Shown: in pieces, positions 51,136-54,644 of the stretch
Numbering within the stretch: position 1 is the first letter of the stretch
Layout: each line of letters starts with the position of its first letter
From: a virus
Taxonomy: Duplodnaviria > Caudoviricetes
DNA: 54,644 nt
Reading direction: 5' to 3' (one strand)
IMG/VR virus record: IMGVR_UViG_3300032268_001435
Location: 1-54,644 of that record
The notes under the pieces: generated by a model
The model's input: only the letters and a program-made list of their open reading frames with translations
Databases searched by the model: none
What the model was told of the DNA's origin: nothing
Made by a program: the position numbers and the translations under genes

Positions 51136-52521
51136 ATGACTGTAAGAACTATCAAAAAAAAATCAATCGATTTAAATCTCAGACAGCTCACAGAAAATAT
51201 CCAAAAAAAATTGGATGATTTGGTGAGTCAAAGACACCACTTTAGTTTTGGCAACAGAACGTCTCAGGTGCAGCCCATCGATGTAGTTCGATGGGCCTCT
51301 GAAATGACTTCTGTTTCGTCCGAGTCAAAGCACCTAAAGAATATCATTCTAAGCGCTTTGAATGACGCAGAAGGCACCCAGGGAACTTCTGCAGTGGTCT
51401 GCTTGATAGCCCTTAGCCACTTATTGAGGCGTCCAGGCAGTCTATGGTCGACTAAAAATTCTGAAAGCATTGAAAATGAGCTGAAGGTCCTTTTAAAGCG
51501 TCACACACGACGTTGCTCATCTTCTGAGGTTCTTCAAATACTCAGCAATTTTGATCGTGATCCTAGCTCTTTTGGAATAGCAAATCGAGCTATTAGAATG
51601 AGCGGAGCAAATTCTACAATTCAAGTTGCATCTGATGGCTTTAGATCGAGCATCCAAATTGCGAATGGCTATAAGTTTCCTGTTGAATTTCCAGATATTT
51701 TTCTCTCTTCAGGTGGAGTCACTGTATCAGAGAAAAATTTTGAAGAATGCAGAGTTATGGCTATTGATGGAATTATTGAGAGCATGTCAGAGATAAATGG
51801 AATTGTTCATACATCTTATGACAAAAATATTCCAGTCATAATTGCCGCCCGTGGATTTGATAAAGATGTTCTCAACACTCTAGGAATAAATTTTTATCAT
51901 AGTAGACTTCGTGTGATTCCTTTGATTGTTCCTTATGATGCCACTGGTGCCAATATGATAAATGACATCTGTGTGGTTTCTGGATGTGACCTAATAAGCT
52001 CACTTAAGGGAGACCTTATATCAACCAAGAAGTGGGAAGAGCTAGGAACAGTCCAAAGTATCAAAATTACATTTGATAGATCGAATATCGTTCTAATGAA
52101 TGATAGAACTCGAAAGTCTGTTGAACGTCATCGAAAAAATCTTCGAAAAATGAAGATAGAGTCAATGGAACCCCTAAAGAGTGAGATAATAGAGAAACGT
52201 CTTACGACTCTCATGGGATCAGGAACGATTGTCAATCTAGGTGACGATCTAGAAGATCTAAAAGGCCTCTACACTGATAGGGTTAATTGTCATATTAGAA
52301 GTTTTAAGTCAGGTGCAAAATTTGGTATAGTTGATCTTTCTGAGCTATTAGAACAAGTTCAGTCTCCTGATCTCAGGAAGATAATTTTATCACTAAAAAA
52401 TGTATCTCAATTTTTTCTTACAAGTCAATTAATGTCTGGAATAAAGCATGCAACTTCTTGTGAGAAAAATTTAAGAAGCATCGGAGGAATGATTTGTAAT
52501 GACAATTCAAGAAGTCTCTGA
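51136..52521 (+). CDS. divergent GroEL/Cpn60-like protein
   Basis: IDGIIESMSEI, PVIIAARGF, INDICVVSG, EELG and EKRL; GDGTTT replaced by TQGTS. Confidence 0.7.
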   Translation: MTVRTIKKKSIDLNLRQLTENIQKKLDDLVSQRHHFSFGNRTSQVQPIDVVRWASEMTSVSSESKHLKNIILSALNDAEGTQGTSAVVCLIALSHLLRRPGSLWSTKNSESIENELKVLLKRHTRRCSSSEVLQILSNFDRDPSSFGIANRAIRMSGANSTIQVASDGFRSSIQIANGYKFPVEFPDIFLSSGGVTVSEKNFEECRVMAIDGIIESMSEINGIVHTSYDKNIPVIIAARGFDKDVLNTLGINFYHSRLRVIPLIVPYDATGANMINDICVVSGCDLISSLKGDLISTKKWEELGTVQSIKITFDRSNIVLMNDRTRKSVERHRKNLRKMKIESMEPLKSEIIEKRLTTLMGSGTIVNLGDDLEDLKGLYTDRVNCHIRSFKSGAKFGIVDLSELLEQVQSPDLRKIILSLKNVSQFFLTSQLMSGIKHATSCEKNLRSIGGMICNDNSRSL

Positions 52522-52999
52522 GCTCGTTGAGGATTATACAGAAAGCTGGAATGTGCCGGTTTCTGGAGATCAAGTTGACATCAACTACATTGTTAAAAAA
52601 ATTAAGTCCAACAGCAACTACACAGTTCATGTAGGCACTGATTCACATAGACCAAAAGGTGGTGTCAGCCACAATTTTGCTACTGTGATATGCCTTTATG
52701 AGCAGGGAAAGGGTGCTGATTATTATTTTAGAAGAACCACAAGAAACTTTCATTACAAGAATTTAAAACAGCGAATGATGGAAGAAGTGTCACAGTCCAT
52801 AGACGTCAGCATAGAACTGATGAAATACATTCCAAACAATCGAATTGTTGTTCATGCCGATGTCAATTCAGATGATAGGTTTCCAACCTTTACTGTGCTC
52901 AATCAGATAAGATCGTGGGTTTCTTCTATGGGATTTAATTTTAGATGCAAGCCCGATGCTTGGGCATCATCCGGTGTTGCTGATAAGCACGCAAAGTGA
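52499..52999 (+). CDS. RNase H-like YkuK (DUF458) protein
   Basis: VGTDS, HADVN and KPDAWASSGVADK motifs. Confidence 0.85.
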   Translation: MTIQEVSELVEDYTESWNVPVSGDQVDINYIVKKIKSNSNYTVHVGTDSHRPKGGVSHNFATVICLYEQGKGADYYFRRTTRNFHYKNLKQRMMEEVSQSIDVSIELMKYIPNNRIVVHADVNSDDRFPTFTVLNQIRSWVSSMGFNFRCKPDAWASSGVADKHAK

Positions 53000-53081
53000 A
53001 TTTGTATTTTACACCACCTAAGACTAGATATAAAAATGCTTAACAGTCGTACACTAAAGACGATTATAAGTAGAGGATTAA

Positions 53082-53291
53082 ATGAGTTTAGAAACAAGAG
53101 TGGGTAGAGCTGTTTTAGATCTTAGCGATATTGTGAAGACAAATGTCGTAAGTGCTGTTGCAAGAGCACGCACTGAGGGTAAGCTTACTCTTTCTGATAA
53201 GGACCTCACTGTTACTGCAAATATCATCACAAGTGCTATTGATGCAACTATGCGTGATGGTGTTGATATGCTCATACGTCTTGTAAAGTGA
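53082..53291 (+). CDS. hypothetical protein
   Basis: GAGGA SD. Confidence 0.7.
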   Translation: MSLETRVGRAVLDLSDIVKTNVVSAVARARTEGKLTLSDKDLTVTANIITSAIDATMRDGVDMLIRLVK

Positions 53292-53298
53292 TGTCTCA

Positions 53299-53763
53299 AT
53301 GAGGACATGTCAAAAGCACCTAATTCAGTGCCACTGCATGCTTCCTCAATACAGGAAGATGAAGAATCCTGTATTTCATAAGTTTACAGTTTTTTCAATT
53401 CTTGAAAATGACACGGTTGTTCCAAAATATGTACAGTGTAATAACTGTAATGTTATTCATAAGGTTTTCGATCTCTGTCGATCTGAGATCATACCCGGTA
53501 AGGATGAACTTAGGTCAGTTGTAACAACAGATGAATTGAAATTTTTTATCCCTTCTGACTTGAGAAATTTATTAGAGCTTTATAAGTGTGACTTGCCTGT
53601 CTGGGAACACATCAAGTTTACTCTTGATGAGAAACACTGGGGAGCGCAAATAATTTTAACTCGTGAAGTTATTGATGGAGAAATTGTAGGAAAAATTCTT
53701 ACAATTGAAGAAAAAGACAGGTTTGCTCTAGAAAATTACATAAGTAGAGAGGTTTTTGAGTGA
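53299..53763 (+). CDS. Cys-rich hypothetical protein
   Basis: CHC..CNNC..H. Confidence 0.75.
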   Translation: MRTCQKHLIQCHCMLPQYRKMKNPVFHKFTVFSILENDTVVPKYVQCNNCNVIHKVFDLCRSEIIPGKDELRSVVTTDELKFFIPSDLRNLLELYKCDLPVWEHIKFTLDEKHWGAQIILTREVIDGEIVGKILTIEEKDRFALENYISREVFE

Positions 53764-54014
53764 TGGATGAAAAGAAGCTAAAACTATCAAATGAGTTTTC
53801 TGAAAAGAAAATTTCAGATGAGGATGCAGTTAATTTTTTTCTAGCTCGTCAGATTTCACAAGAAATTCAAAAATTTGGTGTGAGTCAGATGACCATGCTT
53901 AAAATTATAGAATTGCTTGCTCTTGAATTAGAAGATAGAAATAAGATGTTATCAATAGTCGGTGCCGTCAAAGGAAGAAATGAGACTTCTACGTCACCAA
54001 TATTGAGTGAGTAA
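53760..54014 (+). CDS. hypothetical protein
   Basis: Coupled start. Confidence 0.7.
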   Translation: MMDEKKLKLSNEFSEKKISDEDAVNFFLARQISQEIQKFGVSQMTMLKIIELLALELEDRNKMLSIVGAVKGRNETSTSPILSE

Positions 54015-54031
54015 TAATAAGGAGAAGTAGT

Positions 54032-54229
54032 ATGAGTGCAACAGTACTTGATAAGTGGAAGGAGCTCAAGCTCATTGTCGATAGCATTGATCTTGATGTT
54101 CATAAGAACGCAGGCGGAAATGCTTCAGCAGGAGTTAGAGCAAGAAAGGGGCTTAGAAGCCTTAAGACTGCAGCCGCTGAGCTTGTTAAGCTTACAATTG
54201 ATACTGAGAAGACTGAAAAGCCTGAGTGA
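54032..54229 (+). CDS. histone H1-like nucleoid protein (Hc1 family N-terminal domain)
   Basis: GNASAGVRARKGLRSLK matches the Hc1 GNxxAGxRxRK motif; AAGGAG SD. Confidence 0.8.
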   Translation: MSATVLDKWKELKLIVDSIDLDVHKNAGGNASAGVRARKGLRSLKTAAAELVKLTIDTEKTEKPE

Positions 54230-54470
54230 TTCTCGGTATCCACGATATTTTAGACAGAGTAAGAAGACTTTAGATTTAAAATCTCTTACTCTGATCTTGC
54301 ATAAGTGGAATAATATTTTGAAATGGTTGCCCCGATTGTATCGGGTGGATCCTGATTCTGCATAAGGATGGTTGGTGAAATTTGCAGATTGGTTGATAGT
54401 TAGAGAAACTATTTAATTGTGAATAATTTCGATCATGGGTTTAATTCCCATCGCATCCAGGTGTAAAAAT

Positions 54471-54644
54471 ATGGCATCGACACTTAGAGGACAAGCTTCA
54501 AAGAAAAAGCAGCCTGTAGAAAATCAGACGAGACCAAGTGATGAAACACTAGTAACATCAATATCAGAAGCTGTATCTGTAGCTACTAAGAATTCAGATG
54601 CTTCTTTTGCTGTTATTGAGCCAGAGGCTATAATCACAGATGAG
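54471..54644 (+). CDS. 5' part of a gene running off the window
   Basis: AGGT SD; frame open to the window end. Confidence 0.6.
   Translation, partial: MASTLRGQASKKKQPVENQTRPSDETLVTSISEAVSVATKNSDASFAVIEPEAIITDE

Noticed and set aside
54300-54420. Possible tRNA or ncRNA in the gap after Hc1
   Set aside because: Only a short hairpin (CCCGAT/ATCGGG); no cloverleaf or T-loop.
1-54644. Stop-codon reassignment
   Set aside because: Recognisable genes are full length in the standard code, TAA/TGA/TAG all end genes, and no suppressor tRNA is present.

Overview
This 54.6-kb window looks like part of a large (jumbo-type) dsDNA phage genome. It has dense small ORFs, 11 tRNA genes, four free-standing endonucleases and host-like auxiliary genes, but no rRNA or bacterial housekeeping operons. 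The GC-rich block at ~4.7-31.5 kb is an early/host-takeover-like region. I count 33 plus-strand copies of one promoter consensus there (A-tract..GTG(C/T)AA-N17/18-TANNNT, usually TGNGG just before the -10). In 16 copies the ATG sits exactly 6 nt after the -10, so these genes appear to be leaderless one-promoter/one-gene cassettes. The block also holds three 12-bp tandem-repeat arrays abutting promoters, two candidate structured RNAs, a promoter enclosed by a perfect 15-bp inverted repeat, and endonuclease genes flanked by tRNA fragments. Its proteins include a MoxR-like AAA ATPase, a VWA/metallopeptidase, a RadA-like ATPase, a bL12-like domain and a candidate CCC-UGA +1 frameshift gene. A full-length PilY1/PilC-like pilus adhesin gene follows. 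The AT-richer block after it encodes a metallophosphoesterase, Hsp20, trypsin-like protease, SET protein, ClpP, DenV-like glycosylase, DinG-like helicase, Nudix hydrolase, YeaH-SpoVR-PrkA, a divergent GroEL, YkuK and Hc1. All calls come from reading motifs by eye; no database search or folding program was run. A GC-rich, piliated host is an inference.
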